A DNA stretch of 64,000 nucleotides from an uncultured Gemmatimonadales bacterium (GTDB lineage Bacteria > Gemmatimonadota > Gemmatimonadetes > Longimicrobiales > Longimicrobiaceae), in the NCBI GenBank assembly GCA_963716255.1, contig OY970303.1, positions 6,272,001 to 6,336,000 of the forward strand. Direction: 5' to 3'. The notes below the pieces were generated by a model. That model was given only the letters and a program-made list of their open reading frames with translations. It was not told where the DNA came from and did not search any database. Positions 8,972 through 18,473 of the stretch are shown in pieces. Each line of letters begins with the position of its first letter. Positions within the stretch are counted from its first letter, which is position 1. Both the position numbers and the translations under genes were made by a program.

Positions 8972-10810
8972 ATGGGATACAAGAGCCTGGAAGCCTGCGT
9001 GCTGGACCTGGAGCGCCACGGGCACCTCGTGCGCATCCGCGGCGAGGTGGACCCGCACCTGGAGATGGCGGCGATCCACCTGCGCGTCTTCGAGCACGGC
9101 GGACCCGCCGTCTTCTACGAGCGGGTCAGGGGCTCGCGCTTTCCGGCGGTGTCCAACCTCTTCGGCACGCTGGAGCGGTCGCGCTTCATCTTCCGGGACA
9201 CGCTGGAGCGGGTCAAGGCGCTGGTGGACCTGAAGTACGACCCCATGCGCGCCCTCCGCAGCCCGCTCCGCTACCTGCCCGCGGCGCGGGTCGCCACCTC
9301 CGCGCTGCCGCTGAGGCGGCGCCGCGGCGCCCCGGTCCTCTTCGGCACGGCGCGCGTGGGCGAGCTGCCGCAGGTGGTCAACTGGCCCATGGACGGCGGG
9401 CCCTTCATCACCCTGCCGCAGGTGTACTCCGAGGACCCGGACCGGCCGGGGGTGATGGGCGCCAACCTGGGGATGTACCGCGTGCAGCTCGCCGGCAACG
9501 AGTACGCGCCGGACCGGGAGGTGGGGCTCCACTACCAGATCCACCGCGGCATCGGCGTGCACCAGGCGAAAGCGAACGCTGCGGGCGAGCCGCTGCGGGT
9601 GAGCATCTTCGTGGGGGGGCCGCCGGCGCACACCCTGGCCGCGGTGATGCCGCTCCCCGAGGGGCTCCCGGAGGTGGTGTTCGCGGGGACGCTGGGGAAC
9701 CGCGCCTTCCGCTACTTCCACGACGAATCGGGGCACTGCGTGTCGGCGGACGCGGACTTCGTCGTCACCGGCACCATCCACCCGCACGAGACAAAGCCGG
9801 AGGGGCCCTTCGGCGACCACCTGGGCTACTACAGCCTGGTGCACCCCTTCCCGGTGATGCGGGTGGAGCGGGTGTACCACCGGAGGAACGCCATCTGGCC
9901 GTTCACGGTGGTGGGGCGGCCGCCGCAGGAGGACACCAGCTTCGGCGCGCTGATCCACGAGATCACCGGGAGCGCCATTCCGCAGGAGATCCCCGGGCTG
10001 CACGCGGTGCACGCGGTGGACGCGGCGGGGGTGCACCCGCTCCTCTTCGCCATCGGCAGCGAGCGCTACACGCCGTACCTCCGGGAGCGCCGCCCGCAGG
10101 AGATCCTGACGCTCGCCAACCACATCCTGGGCAAGAACCAGCTCAGCCTGGCCAAGTACCTGTGGATCTGCGCCCGGGAGGACGACCCGGCGCTGGACAT
10201 CCACGACGTCGGCGCCTTCCTCCGCCACGCGCTGGAGCGGGTGGACCTCGCGCGCGACCTGCACTTCTACACCAACACCACCATCGACACGCTGGACTAC
10301 AGCGGCACGGGGCTCAACGCCGGCTCCAAGCTCGCGGTGGCGGTGGCGGGGGAGCGGCGGCGCGAGCTGTGGCGCGAGCTCCCCGCGGACGTGCGGCTGC
10401 CGCCTCCCTTCGGGCGGCACGCGCAGGTGATGCCCGGGGTGCTGGCGGTGGAGGCGCCGCGCTTCACGAGCCACGCGGAGGCGGAGCGGGAGGTGGGGGC
10501 GCTGGACGAGGCGCTGCGCGGGCGCGACCTGGCGGGGATGCCGCTGCTGGTGATGTGCGACGACGCGGGCTTCACCGCCGCGAACGTGGACAACTTCGTG
10601 TGGGTGGCCTTCACGCGCAGCAACCCGTCGCACGACGTGCACGGCGTGGGCAGCTTCACCGAGCACAAGCACTGGGGGTGCCGCGGCCCGCTGGTCGTGG
10701 ACGCGCGCATCAAGCCGCACCACGCGCCCCCGCTGGAGCGCGCCCCGGCCGTGGAGCGCCGGGTGGACCGGCTGGGGGAGCGGGGCGGTCCGCTCCACGG
10801 CATCATCTAG
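8972..10810 (+). CDS. UbiD family (prFMN-dependent) decarboxylase
   Basis: [47 protein letters not shown] motifs. Confidence 0.9.
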   Translation: MGYKSLEACVLDLERHGHLVRIRGEVDPHLEMAAIHLRVFEHGGPAVFYERVRGSRFPAVSNLFGTLERSRFIFRDTLERVKALVDLKYDPMRALRSPLRYLPAARVATSALPLRRRRGAPVLFGTARVGELPQVVNWPMDGGPFITLPQVYSEDPDRPGVMGANLGMYRVQLAGNEYAPDREVGLHYQIHRGIGVHQAKANAAGEPLRVSIFVGGPPAHTLAAVMPLPEGLPEVVFAGTLGNRAFRYFHDESGHCVSADADFVVTGTIHPHETKPEGPFGDHLGYYSLVHPFPVMRVERVYHRRNAIWPFTVVGRPPQEDTSFGALIHEITGSAIPQEIPGLHAVHAVDAAGVHPLLFAIGSERYTPYLRERRPQEILTLANHILGKNQLSLAKYLWICAREDDPALDIHDVGAFLRHALERVDLARDLHFYTNTTIDTLDYSGTGLNAGSKLAVAVAGERRRELWRELPADVRLPPPFGRHAQVMPGVLAVEAPRFTSHAEAEREVGALDEALRGRDLAGMPLLVMCDDAGFTAANVDNFVWVAFTRSNPSHDVHGVGSFTEHKHWGCRGPLVVDARIKPHHAPPLERAPAVERRVDRLGERGGPLHGII

Positions 10811-10828
10811 GGAGGCGGAACGCCGATG

Positions 10829-10857
10829 TTGACGGATTCTATCCTGTCTGCCATACT
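10829..10857 (+). promoter_or_regulatory. Sigma70-like promoter TTGACG-N17-CATACT
   Basis: Near-consensus hexamers with 17-bp spacing upstream of the tauE-like gene. Confidence 0.5.
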
Positions 10858-11012
10858 GCTACCATCCTGTCTTCCACCCCGCCATCCAGCAGCGTTCCGG
10901 CGTGGGGCGCGCCTTCCGTTCCGGCGGGCCCACGCGCCGTGATTCCCCCCACGGGCAGCCCTGAAAACGGCGGCCGCGGCGCCGGCCGCGCCCTCCCGCG
11001 GGGGACGAGGCC

Positions 11013-11813
11013 GTGACGGCCCTGGGGCTTGCGCTGGCGGCGCTGGTGGGGCTGACGCTGGGGCTGCTGGGCGGCGGCGGCTCGGTGCTTACCGTGCCCA
11101 TCCTGGTGTACGTGCTGGGCTTCGGGGCGAAGCAGGCGATCGCAATGAGCCTGGGCGTGGTGGGTACGGCGAGCCTGTTCGGTTCTCTCGCCCACTGGCG
11201 GAGCGGGAACGTGGACCTGCGCACGGCGTTTTCCTTCGGGGCGTTCGCCATGTGCGGGGCGTTCCTGGGGGCGCGCCTCGCGGCCTTCGTCAGCGGCCCG
11301 ACGCAGCTCGTGGCGTTCGCGGTGGTGATGGTCCTGGCGGCGCTCTCCATGCTGCGCGGCGGCGGGGCCGTGGCGGAGGCAGACGCGGGGCCGCGCGCAC
11401 CGCCGCTCCTGACGCTGGGGATCGTGGGCGCGGGCGTGGGTGCGCTCACCGGGCTGGTGGGCGTGGGCGGCGGGTTCCTGATCGTCCCGGCGCTGGTGCT
11501 GCTGGCGCGGGTCCCCATGCGGCAGGCGGTGGGCACCAGCCTCCTCGTGATCGCCATGAACTCTGCGGCGGGCTTAAGCGGCTACCTGGGGAAGGTGGAG
11601 GTGCCGTGGGGATTCATGGCGGCCTTCACGGCGGTGGCGGTGGGGGGAATCGTGGTGGGCGCCCGCCTGGTGCGGCACGTGCCGCAGGCGGCGCTGAAGC
11701 GCGGCTTCGCCGTGTTCCTGCTGGTGATGGGCGGCGTCATCCTCTTCCAGAACCGCGGTGCCATCCTCCCCGGCGGGTCGCCGCCGGAGGCCGGGAAGCC
11801 CGCGGAGCACTGA
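11013..11813 (+). CDS. Sulfite exporter TauE/SafE family membrane protein
   Basis: GLLGGGGSVLTVP and GLVGVGGGFLIVP repeats, AVGTSL. Confidence 0.9.
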   Translation: MTALGLALAALVGLTLGLLGGGGSVLTVPILVYVLGFGAKQAIAMSLGVVGTASLFGSLAHWRSGNVDLRTAFSFGAFAMCGAFLGARLAAFVSGPTQLVAFAVVMVLAALSMLRGGGAVAEADAGPRAPPLLTLGIVGAGVGALTGLVGVGGGFLIVPALVLLARVPMRQAVGTSLLVIAMNSAAGLSGYLGKVEVPWGFMAAFTAVAVGGIVVGARLVRHVPQAALKRGFAVFLLVMGGVILFQNRGAILPGGSPPEAGKPAEH

Positions 11814-11833
11814 CGGCAACGACGGAGAGCGAG

Positions 11834-13288
11834 ATGATCCTGAAGCGGTTCTACGACGACAAGCTGGCGCAGGCGAGCTACCTGGTGGGATGCGCCGCCA
11901 CCGGCGACGCGCTGGTGGTGGATCCCAACCGCGACGTGGAGCCGTACGTCCGCGCCGCCCGGGCGGAGGGGGTGAGGATCACCCACGTGACCGAGACGCA
12001 CATCCACGCGGACTTCGTTTCCGGCGCCCGCGAGCTGGCGGCGCGCACCGGGGCGAGGCTCCTCCTCTCGGACGAGGGCGGCGACGGCTGGAGGTACGCC
12101 TACGCCGCGGAGGACGGGGCGACGCTGCTCCGGGGCGGCGACACCTTTCGCGTGGGCAACATCCGCATCGACGTGCTCCACACGCCGGGGCACACCCCGG
12201 AGCACCTGAGCTTCCTGGTGACGGACACGGCGGGCGCGACGCTCCCCATCGGGGTGCTGACCGGCGACTTCGTGTTCGTGGGCGACGTGGGCCGTCCCGA
12301 CCTGCTGGAAAGGGCCGCGAAGGTGGCGGGGACCATGGAGGCGGGGGCGCGCACCCTCTTCCGCAGCCTCCAGGAGTTCAAGCGGCAGCCGGACTACCTG
12401 CAGGTGTGGCCGGGGCACGGCGCCGGCTCGGCGTGCGGCAAGGGGCTGAGCGCGATCCCGCACAGCACGGTGGGCTACGAGCGGATGTTCAACCGGGCGC
12501 TCGCCGTGCAGGACGAGGACGAGTTCGTCCGGGAGGTGCTCGCGGGCCAGCCGGAGCCGCCCCGGTACTTCGCGGAGATGAAGCGCGTCAACCGGGAGGG
12601 TCCGCGGGTGCTGGGCGGGCTCCCCCGTCCGCAGCGCCTCGCCGAGGCGCGGCTCCCCGGGCTGCTGGAGGAGGGCGCGCTGGTGGTGGACGCGAGGAGC
12701 GCGGCGGCGTTCGCGGCCGGGCACGTGCCCGGGACGATCAGCGTGCCGCTGAACCGCGCCTTCACCACCTGGGCGGGGTGGCTCGTTCCCCCCGACCGCG
12801 ACTTCTACCTGCTGATGGACGACGCGGGGCCGCAGGCGGTGGACGAGGCGGTGCGCGACCTGGCGATGATCGGGCTGGACCGGGTGGCCGGCTGGTTCGG
12901 CGCCGGGGCGGTGGGCGCCTGGGCGGCGGAGGGTCGCGAGCTGCAGACGGTGCCGCAGATCACCAGCGCCGAGCTGGCGGAGCGCCTGCGCGACGGGAGC
13001 GTCGCGGTGCTGGACGTGCGCGGGGCGGCGGAGTGGGAGGCGGGGCACCTGCCGGGGGTGGAGAACATCCCCGTGGGGTACCTGGCCGACCGCCTGGACG
13101 AGGTCCCGCGCGACCGGCCGCTGGTGCTCCAGTGCCAGGCCGGGGCGCGCTCCGCAATCGCGGCCGGCGTGCTCCAGGCGAAGGGCTTCCGCAACGTGGT
13201 GAACCTGGTGGGGGGCTACGCCGACTGGCAGGCGGGCGGGCACCCGGTGGAGCGCGGGGCGGCGGAGGCGGTGCCGGCGGGCGGCTGA
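11834..13288 (+). CDS. MBL-fold persulfide dioxygenase fused to two rhodanese domains (CstB-like)
   Basis: ETHIHADF, HTPGHT, GDVGRPDL, PGHGAGSAC; C-terminal rhodanese with CQAGARS. Confidence 0.88.
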   Translation: MILKRFYDDKLAQASYLVGCAATGDALVVDPNRDVEPYVRAARAEGVRITHVTETHIHADFVSGARELAARTGARLLLSDEGGDGWRYAYAAEDGATLLRGGDTFRVGNIRIDVLHTPGHTPEHLSFLVTDTAGATLPIGVLTGDFVFVGDVGRPDLLERAAKVAGTMEAGARTLFRSLQEFKRQPDYLQVWPGHGAGSACGKGLSAIPHSTVGYERMFNRALAVQDEDEFVREVLAGQPEPPRYFAEMKRVNREGPRVLGGLPRPQRLAEARLPGLLEEGALVVDARSAAAFAAGHVPGTISVPLNRAFTTWAGWLVPPDRDFYLLMDDAGPQAVDEAVRDLAMIGLDRVAGWFGAGAVGAWAAEGRELQTVPQITSAELAERLRDGSVAVLDVRGAAEWEAGHLPGVENIPVGYLADRLDEVPRDRPLVLQCQAGARSAIAAGVLQAKGFRNVVNLVGGYADWQAGGHPVERGAAEAVPAGG

Positions 13289-13403
13289 GCGAGCTGCCGG
13301 CCCGGCGGACTCCCGGCGGTGCCGGGTGCGGGCGTCCACGCGAGTGGGCGCCCGCGCTCGCTTGCAGACGCTGCGGTGCGCCCCCGGCGGCACTTCGCGC
13401 CCG

Positions 13404-13430
13404 TGTCGATTTCGCGCGGTCCCGTTCGAC
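13404..13430 (+). promoter_or_regulatory. ECF42-type promoter TGTCGA-N15-TTCGAC (copy 1)
   Basis: Same motif and spacing at four sites, each upstream of a YciI/VOC gene next to the ECF42 sigma factor. Confidence 0.75.
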
Positions 13431-13516
13431 GTGTGTGCAGAGCCGCGATGCACCCCGGCCGCGACGGTCCGGAAGCCGGGCTCCCGACCCGAAAACCCAG
13501 TTCAGGAGAAGCGACG

Positions 13517-13951
13517 ATGCGATTCATGGTCCTGGTCAAGGCGAGCGCGGATTCCGAGGCCGGCGTGCTCCCCAGCGAGGAGCTGCTCGCCGAAATGGGC
13601 AGGTACAACGAGGAGCTGGTGAAGGCGGGCGTGATGGTCGCGGGTGAGGGGCTGCACGCCAGCTCGAAGGGTGCGCGCGTCCGCTTCTCGGGGAGCGAGC
13701 GGACGGTGGTCGACGGCCCCTTCGCCGAGACCAAGGAGCTGATCGCCGGCTTCTGGATCTTCCAGGTGAAGTCGCTGGAGGAAGCGATCGAGTGGGTCAA
13801 GCGCGCCCCCAACCCCATGCCCGGCACGGAAAGCGAGATCGAGATCCGCCAGGTGTTCGACGCCGAGGACTTCGCCCCCGTCGACCCCACGGGCGAGCTG
13901 CGGGCGGCGGAGGAGCGCCTGCGCGCGCAGGCGGCGCAGCAGCAGGGGTAG
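13517..13951 (+). CDS. YciI/DGPF domain protein
   Basis: DGPFAETKELIAGFW motif; AGGAG RBS. Confidence 0.9.
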   Translation: MRFMVLVKASADSEAGVLPSEELLAEMGRYNEELVKAGVMVAGEGLHASSKGARVRFSGSERTVVDGPFAETKELIAGFWIFQVKSLEEAIEWVKRAPNPMPGTESEIEIRQVFDAEDFAPVDPTGELRAAEERLRAQAAQQQG

Positions 13952-13965
13952 CACCGACACGGCGA

Positions 13966-14090
13966 CCCCCCTCCCCCCGGCCCCCTCCCCCGCAAGGGGG
14001 GAGGGGGAGAACGACCATGCTGCGGTACGGGCAGCCCTCCCTCGCTTGCGGGGGAGGGTGGCGAGCCTCAAGCGAGCCGGGTGGGGGCCC
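13966..14090. repeat. Cluster of REP-like C/G palindromes (CCCTCCCC...GGGAGGG family)
   Basis: Reverse-complement matches at 33248-33293, 36141-36198 and 46953-47004. Confidence 0.75.
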
Positions 14091-14116
14091 CCCGCGGACG
14101 CCAGCGCGAGCCCCGC

Positions 14117-14243
14117 GTGAGGGATTCCGGCCCGAAGGGGCGAGACCGCGCGGCTGTTTGCGCGGGCTCGACTCCGTTAGCCCGCGTCGTTTGCGGGCTT
14201 ACGGAGCCGAAGCCCGACCCCGGCGCCAGCCGGGGTCACGCCC
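14117..14243 (+). repeat. Structured intergenic repeat, copy 2
   Basis: Matches the copy 1 scaffold. Confidence 0.95.
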
Positions 14244-14281
14244 AACCCTGCCGTAGCCGTAAGCAGTCGCCGTTCAAAACC

Positions 14282-15535
14282 TCACCGCTGCGGCGCGATC
14301 CTCCACAGCTCCCCGTTGTCCGCGTCCGTGACCACGTACAGCGCGCCATCAACCCCCTGGCGCACGTCCCGGATCCGCTGCCCGCGGTCGGCGAGCAGGT
14401 GCTCCTCGCCGGTCACCCGGTTGCCCGAGATCTCCAGCCGCACCAGCCGCGTGGACGCCAGCCCGCCCACGAACAGGCTCCCTCGCCACGCCGGGAACGC
14501 GCTGCCGGTGTAGAACTGCGCGCCCGACGGCGCGATCACCGGGTCCCAGTAGTAGACCGGCTGCTCGGTGCCGGGCTTCGTGGTCGTCGCGGTGCCGGCG
14601 GCCGAGCTGATGGTGCCCCCCTGGTACTCGATGCCGTACGCGGCCACCGGCCAGCCGTAGTTCTTGCCTTTCTCCACGCGGTTCAGCTCGTCGCCGCCGC
14701 GCGTGCCGTGCTCGATGGTCCAGAAGCGGCCCTGCGCGTCGAAGGCGGCGGCCTGGATGTTCCGGTGCCCCAGCGACCAGGTTTCCGGTAGCGCGCCGGC
14801 GCGCCCCACGAACGGGTTGTCGCGGGGCACGGAGCCGTCGGGGCGAACGCGCAGCGTCTTGCCCAGGTGGCTGCCGAGCTCCTGCGCCTGGGGACGCGTC
14901 TCGCGGTCGGAGCGCTCGCCCATGGTGACGTACAGCATGCCGTCCGGCCCGAAGGCGAGCCGCGAGCCGTAGTGCATGTTGTTGGAGTACGTGGGCCGGG
15001 TCCGCAGGATCACGCGCACGCTGTCCAGCCGGGTGCGGTCGCGGGAAAGCACGCCGCGCGCGACGCTGGTGCCGTTGCCGCCCTGGCGCGGCTCGGTGAA
15101 GCTCCAGAAGACGGTGCGGTCGGTGGCGAAGCGCGGGCTGAGCGCCACGTCCAGCAGCCCGCCCTGGCCGCGCGCGTCCACGGCGGGGAGCCCGGCGATG
15201 GGCGCGCCCAGCTGGCCGGCGGCGGAAACGATGCGCAGCCGGCCCGGCTTCTCGGTGACCAGGAAGGCGCCGTCGGGAAGGGGCTCCACCGCCCACGGCT
15301 TCTGGAGCCCGCGCGCGACCACCGTAACGCCGAAGGCGACGCTGGAGCGGACGCCGCACGCGCGGGTCTGCCCCGGGAACGCCGGCCGCTGGCCGACTCC
15401 GTTGGCCGGGCGCGTTTCCAGCGGCGTGCAGCGGGCGCCCTGGGCCTGGGCGCGGGCCGGGGCGGGCTCCGCGAGCGCCGCGAGGAGGGTACAGGCGACG
15501 AGCGGCACGGCGAGAACGAGTCTGGTTGGGCGCAT
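14282..15535 (-). CDS. PQQ-dependent sugar (glucose/sorbosone) dehydrogenase, exported
   Basis: Signal peptide; LQKPWAV, GQGGLLDV, HYGSRL, GHRNIQ, GGDELN, GKNYGWP motifs. Confidence 0.9.
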   Translation of the reverse strand: MRPTRLVLAVPLVACTLLAALAEPAPARAQAQGARCTPLETRPANGVGQRPAFPGQTRACGVRSSVAFGVTVVARGLQKPWAVEPLPDGAFLVTEKPGRLRIVSAAGQLGAPIAGLPAVDARGQGGLLDVALSPRFATDRTVFWSFTEPRQGGNGTSVARGVLSRDRTRLDSVRVILRTRPTYSNNMHYGSRLAFGPDGMLYVTMGERSDRETRPQAQELGSHLGKTLRVRPDGSVPRDNPFVGRAGALPETWSLGHRNIQAAAFDAQGRFWTIEHGTRGGDELNRVEKGKNYGWPVAAYGIEYQGGTISSAAGTATTTKPGTEQPVYYWDPVIAPSGAQFYTGSAFPAWRGSLFVGGLASTRLVRLEISGNRVTGEEHLLADRGQRIRDVRQGVDGALYVVTDADNGELWRIAPQR

Positions 15536-15730
15536 GGGTCCGTCCATGGGATCCTGGAAGGGTGGGTCCGTGGAGATGCGGTCTCCGGGCGAACGCCCTG
15601 CCGCTGCAAGAAACGGTGCGGGCTGGCGGTTCGCGGCCGGGAGCCGCAGAATAGGCGGGAGCGGCGCCCACCGCGGCGCGGGACCGTCCGGCGCCGACCC
15701 CCGACCCGAGAGCCAGGAGGACTCGCGACG

Positions 15731-16114
15731 ATGCGATTCATGATCATGTTCAAGGCCGACGCGGACACCGAGGCGGCCGCCCCCGCGTGCATCGCGCTCC
15801 CCGAGATGGGGCGCTTCATCGAGGAGCTGAGGTCCGACGGGGTGCTCCTGGGGACCGAGGGGCTCAAGCCCAGCGCGTACAACGGGGCGCGCCTGCAGCG
15901 CTCCGCGGGAAGGATCACGGTGACCGACGGGCCCTTCGCCGAGGCCAAGGAGCTGGTCGCCGGCTTCGTGCTGGTGGAGGTGCCGTCCCGGGACGCGGCG
16001 GTGGAGCTGGCGGAGCGCTTCCTGGAGGTGGCGGGCGAGGGCTCGGCCGAGGTCCGCGAGGCGTTCGAGTCGCCGCACGCGATCGCCGACTACCTCGCCT
16101 CCGCCGTGGCGTAG
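15731..16114 (+). CDS. YciI/DGPF domain protein
   Basis: DGPFAEAKELVAGF motif; AGGAGG RBS. Confidence 0.88.
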   Translation: MRFMIMFKADADTEAAAPACIALPEMGRFIEELRSDGVLLGTEGLKPSAYNGARLQRSAGRITVTDGPFAEAKELVAGFVLVEVPSRDAAVELAERFLEVAGEGSAEVREAFESPHAIADYLASAVA

Positions 16115-16225
16115 CGGCGGCGCGCGGGGCAGGGCAGCGGTGCACGCGAGCCGCCGGGGCGCACCGCTCCGGCGGCTCCGTGTTCGGGGGCCGCGGGCGC
16201 CGCCCGGATCGCGCCGCCGCGGGCG

Positions 16226-16252
16226 TGTCGATTTCCGCGGGGCCCGTTCGAC
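16226..16252 (+). promoter_or_regulatory. ECF42-type promoter (copy 2)
   Basis: tgtcgatttccgcggggcccgttcgac. Confidence 0.75.
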
Positions 16253-16313
16253 GTACGTGCAGGGAGAGCGATCCACCGGCGGGACTTCACCGCGACCACG
16301 AGGAGGGAGGGCC

Positions 16314-16751
16314 ATGCGCTTCATGATCATCCGCAAGGCGGACGCCGAGACCGAGGCCGGGATGATGCCGACCGGGGAGCTGGTCGACGCCATGATGAAG
16401 TACAACGCGGAGATGGTGGACGCCGGGATCATGCTCGCCGGCGACGGGCTGCAGCCCAGCTCCCGGGGCGCCCGCGTCAAGTTCTCCGGCGGCCGGCCGA
16501 TGGTGACGGACGGACCCTTCGCCGAGGCAAAGGAGCTGGTCGCCGGCTACTCCGTCATCGACGTGCAGTCGCGGGAAGAGGCGATCGAGTGGGTGAAGCG
16601 CTGGCCCCAGGTCGACGGCCACGGCGAGGTGGAGATCGAGATCCGCCCGCTGTACGAGGCGGACGACTTCGGGGAAGAGTTCACGACCCGGATCCGGGAG
16701 CAGGACGAGCACATGCGCGCGCGGGCGGCGGAGCTGCACCCGCCGTCGTGA
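16314..16751 (+). CDS. YciI/DGPF domain protein
   Basis: DGPFAEAKELVAGY motif; GGAGG RBS. Confidence 0.9.
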   Translation: MRFMIIRKADAETEAGMMPTGELVDAMMKYNAEMVDAGIMLAGDGLQPSSRGARVKFSGGRPMVTDGPFAEAKELVAGYSVIDVQSREEAIEWVKRWPQVDGHGEVEIEIRPLYEADDFGEEFTTRIREQDEHMRARAAELHPPS

Positions 16752-16767
16752 CGCGATCCGGCCGGCG

Positions 16768-16794
16768 TGTCGATTCCGCCGGGCCCCGTTCGAC
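16768..16794 (+). promoter_or_regulatory. ECF42-type promoter (copy 3)
   Basis: tgtcgattccgccgggccccgttcgac. Confidence 0.75.
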
Positions 16795-16847
16795 GTAGCT
16801 GTAGAGAGCCCGACCGAACCCCAGAACCCCAGCCGAGAGACACGACG

Positions 16848-17270
16848 ATGCGATTCATGATCCTGGTCAAGGCGAACGCGGACTCCGAGGCCGGCACCCT
16901 CCCCAGCACCGAGGAGCTCGCCGAGATGGGCCGGTACAACGAGGAGCTGGTGAAGGCGGGCGTGATGCTCGCCGGCGAGGGACTGCACTCCAGCTCGAAG
17001 GGGGCGCGCGTGAAGTTCTCCGGCAGCGAGCGCACGGTGGTCGACGGGCCCTTCGCGGAGACCAAGGAGCTGCTCGCGGGCTTCTGGCTGATCCAGGTGA
17101 AGTCCAGGGAGGAGGCCGTCGAGTGGGTGCGGCGCATCCCCTTCCGGGAGGGCGAGGTCGAGATCCGCCAGGTGGCCGAGGCGGCGGACTTCGCGCCGAG
17201 CGACCCCACGGGCGAGCTCATGGCGGCGGAGGAGCGGCTGCGCGCGCAGGTCGCCGCGCAGCAGGCGTAG
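16848..17270 (+). CDS. YciI/DGPF domain protein (close paralogue of 13517-13951)
   Basis: DGPFAETKELLAGFW; long identical stretches with the first YciI. Confidence 0.9.
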   Translation: MRFMILVKANADSEAGTLPSTEELAEMGRYNEELVKAGVMLAGEGLHSSSKGARVKFSGSERTVVDGPFAETKELLAGFWLIQVKSREEAVEWVRRIPFREGEVEIRQVAEAADFAPSDPTGELMAAEERLRAQVAAQQA

Positions 17271-17309
17271 GGCGCAGGGCGGCGGGGGTTCCCCGGAGTC
17301 CGGCCGGCG

Positions 17310-17336
17310 TGTCGATTCCGCGGAGCCCCGTTCGAC
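17310..17336 (+). promoter_or_regulatory. ECF42-type promoter (copy 4)
   Basis: tgtcgattccgcggagccccgttcgac. Confidence 0.75.
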
Positions 17337-17401
17337 GTACAGGCAGATGCATGCGGGCCGCACCGGCGGCCCGACCCGATCTTCACTCGATGGAGGACAG
17401 C

Positions 17402-17803
17402 ATGGCCGAACCAGTCCGCCCCACCAACGGAGTGACGCCGTACCTGATGGTCCGCGGGGCCTCGGAAGCGGTGGAGTTCTACAAGCGCGCCTTCGCGGCG
17501 GAGGAAGTGGTGCGCACGCCCACCGAGAGCGGCGACAAGCTGATCCACTGCCACCTCCGCATCAACCGCGCGGACGTGATGATGGCGGACGAGTTCCCGG
17601 AGTACGGCTCCGTGCTGGACGGCGGGCCGAACGGCGTCATGCTGCACCTGGACGTGGACGACGCCGACGCGTGGTATGCCCGCGCGGTGGAGGCCGGCGC
17701 GACCGCGACGATGCCCGTCGTGGACGGGTTCTGGGGCGACCGCTACGGGCAGCTGCGCGACCCCTTCGGCCACACGTGGTCCATCGGCTCGCCCAAGAAG
17801 TGA
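17402..17803 (+). CDS. VOC/glyoxalase (PhnB-like) protein
   Basis: VTPYLMV...AVEFYKRAF...FWGDRYGQLRDPFGHTW. Confidence 0.88.
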   Translation: MAEPVRPTNGVTPYLMVRGASEAVEFYKRAFAAEEVVRTPTESGDKLIHCHLRINRADVMMADEFPEYGSVLDGGPNGVMLHLDVDDADAWYARAVEAGATATMPVVDGFWGDRYGQLRDPFGHTWSIGSPKK

Positions 17804-17904
17804 CGGACGCGTCCGCCGCGCCGGGCTCCGGTCCGGCGGCGGACGCGGCGGGGACGACGAGGCCTGATCCCATTCCACACACCCACCAACGGGGAGAGAA
17901 CACC

Positions 17905-18357
17905 ATGGACACCACCGTTCTGCAGCGTGAGCCCGCGGCCAGGACCGCGCCGAACACGACGGCCGCTGCGGTAGCCGCTTCCAAGACGTCACTCCGAGTT
18001 GGACGCGTGGTCGGCGCGCTGCCCGTGCTGTTCCTGCTCTTCGATGGCGTCGGAAAGCTCGTGAAGCCGGCTCCCGTTGTGGAGGGAACGGTCCAGCTCG
18101 GGTACCCGGTGAGCGTCCTCGTGCCGCTGGGCATCGTCCTGCTCGCCTGCACCATCCTGTACGCGGTCCCGCGCACCGCTGTCCTGGGCGCGATCCTGCT
18201 GACGGGCTACCTGGGCGGCGCGGTCGCCACCCACGTGCGCGTGGGCAACCCGCTGCCGACCCACACCCTCTTCCCGGTCTACTTCGGGGTGATGCTCTGG
18301 GGATCGCTGTGGCTGCGCGACCCGCGGCTGCGCGAGCTCCTCCCGCTGCGCCGCTAG
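17905..18357 (+). CDS. DoxX family membrane protein
   Basis: FDGVGKL...LGAILLTGYLGGAVATHVR pattern. Confidence 0.8.
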   Translation: MDTTVLQREPAARTAPNTTAAAVAASKTSLRVGRVVGALPVLFLLFDGVGKLVKPAPVVEGTVQLGYPVSVLVPLGIVLLACTILYAVPRTAVLGAILLTGYLGGAVATHVRVGNPLPTHTLFPVYFGVMLWGSLWLRDPRLRELLPLRR

Positions 18358-18473
18358 CCCCGTGGAGCCGGCCCACGGACGGCGCCCGCCGCACCCGGCG
18401 GGCGCCGCCGCGCGCGGTCCCCGGCGGCGGGCCCGGCTTGCGCCGGCGGACGCGGACGCTATAGTCCGTTGCC

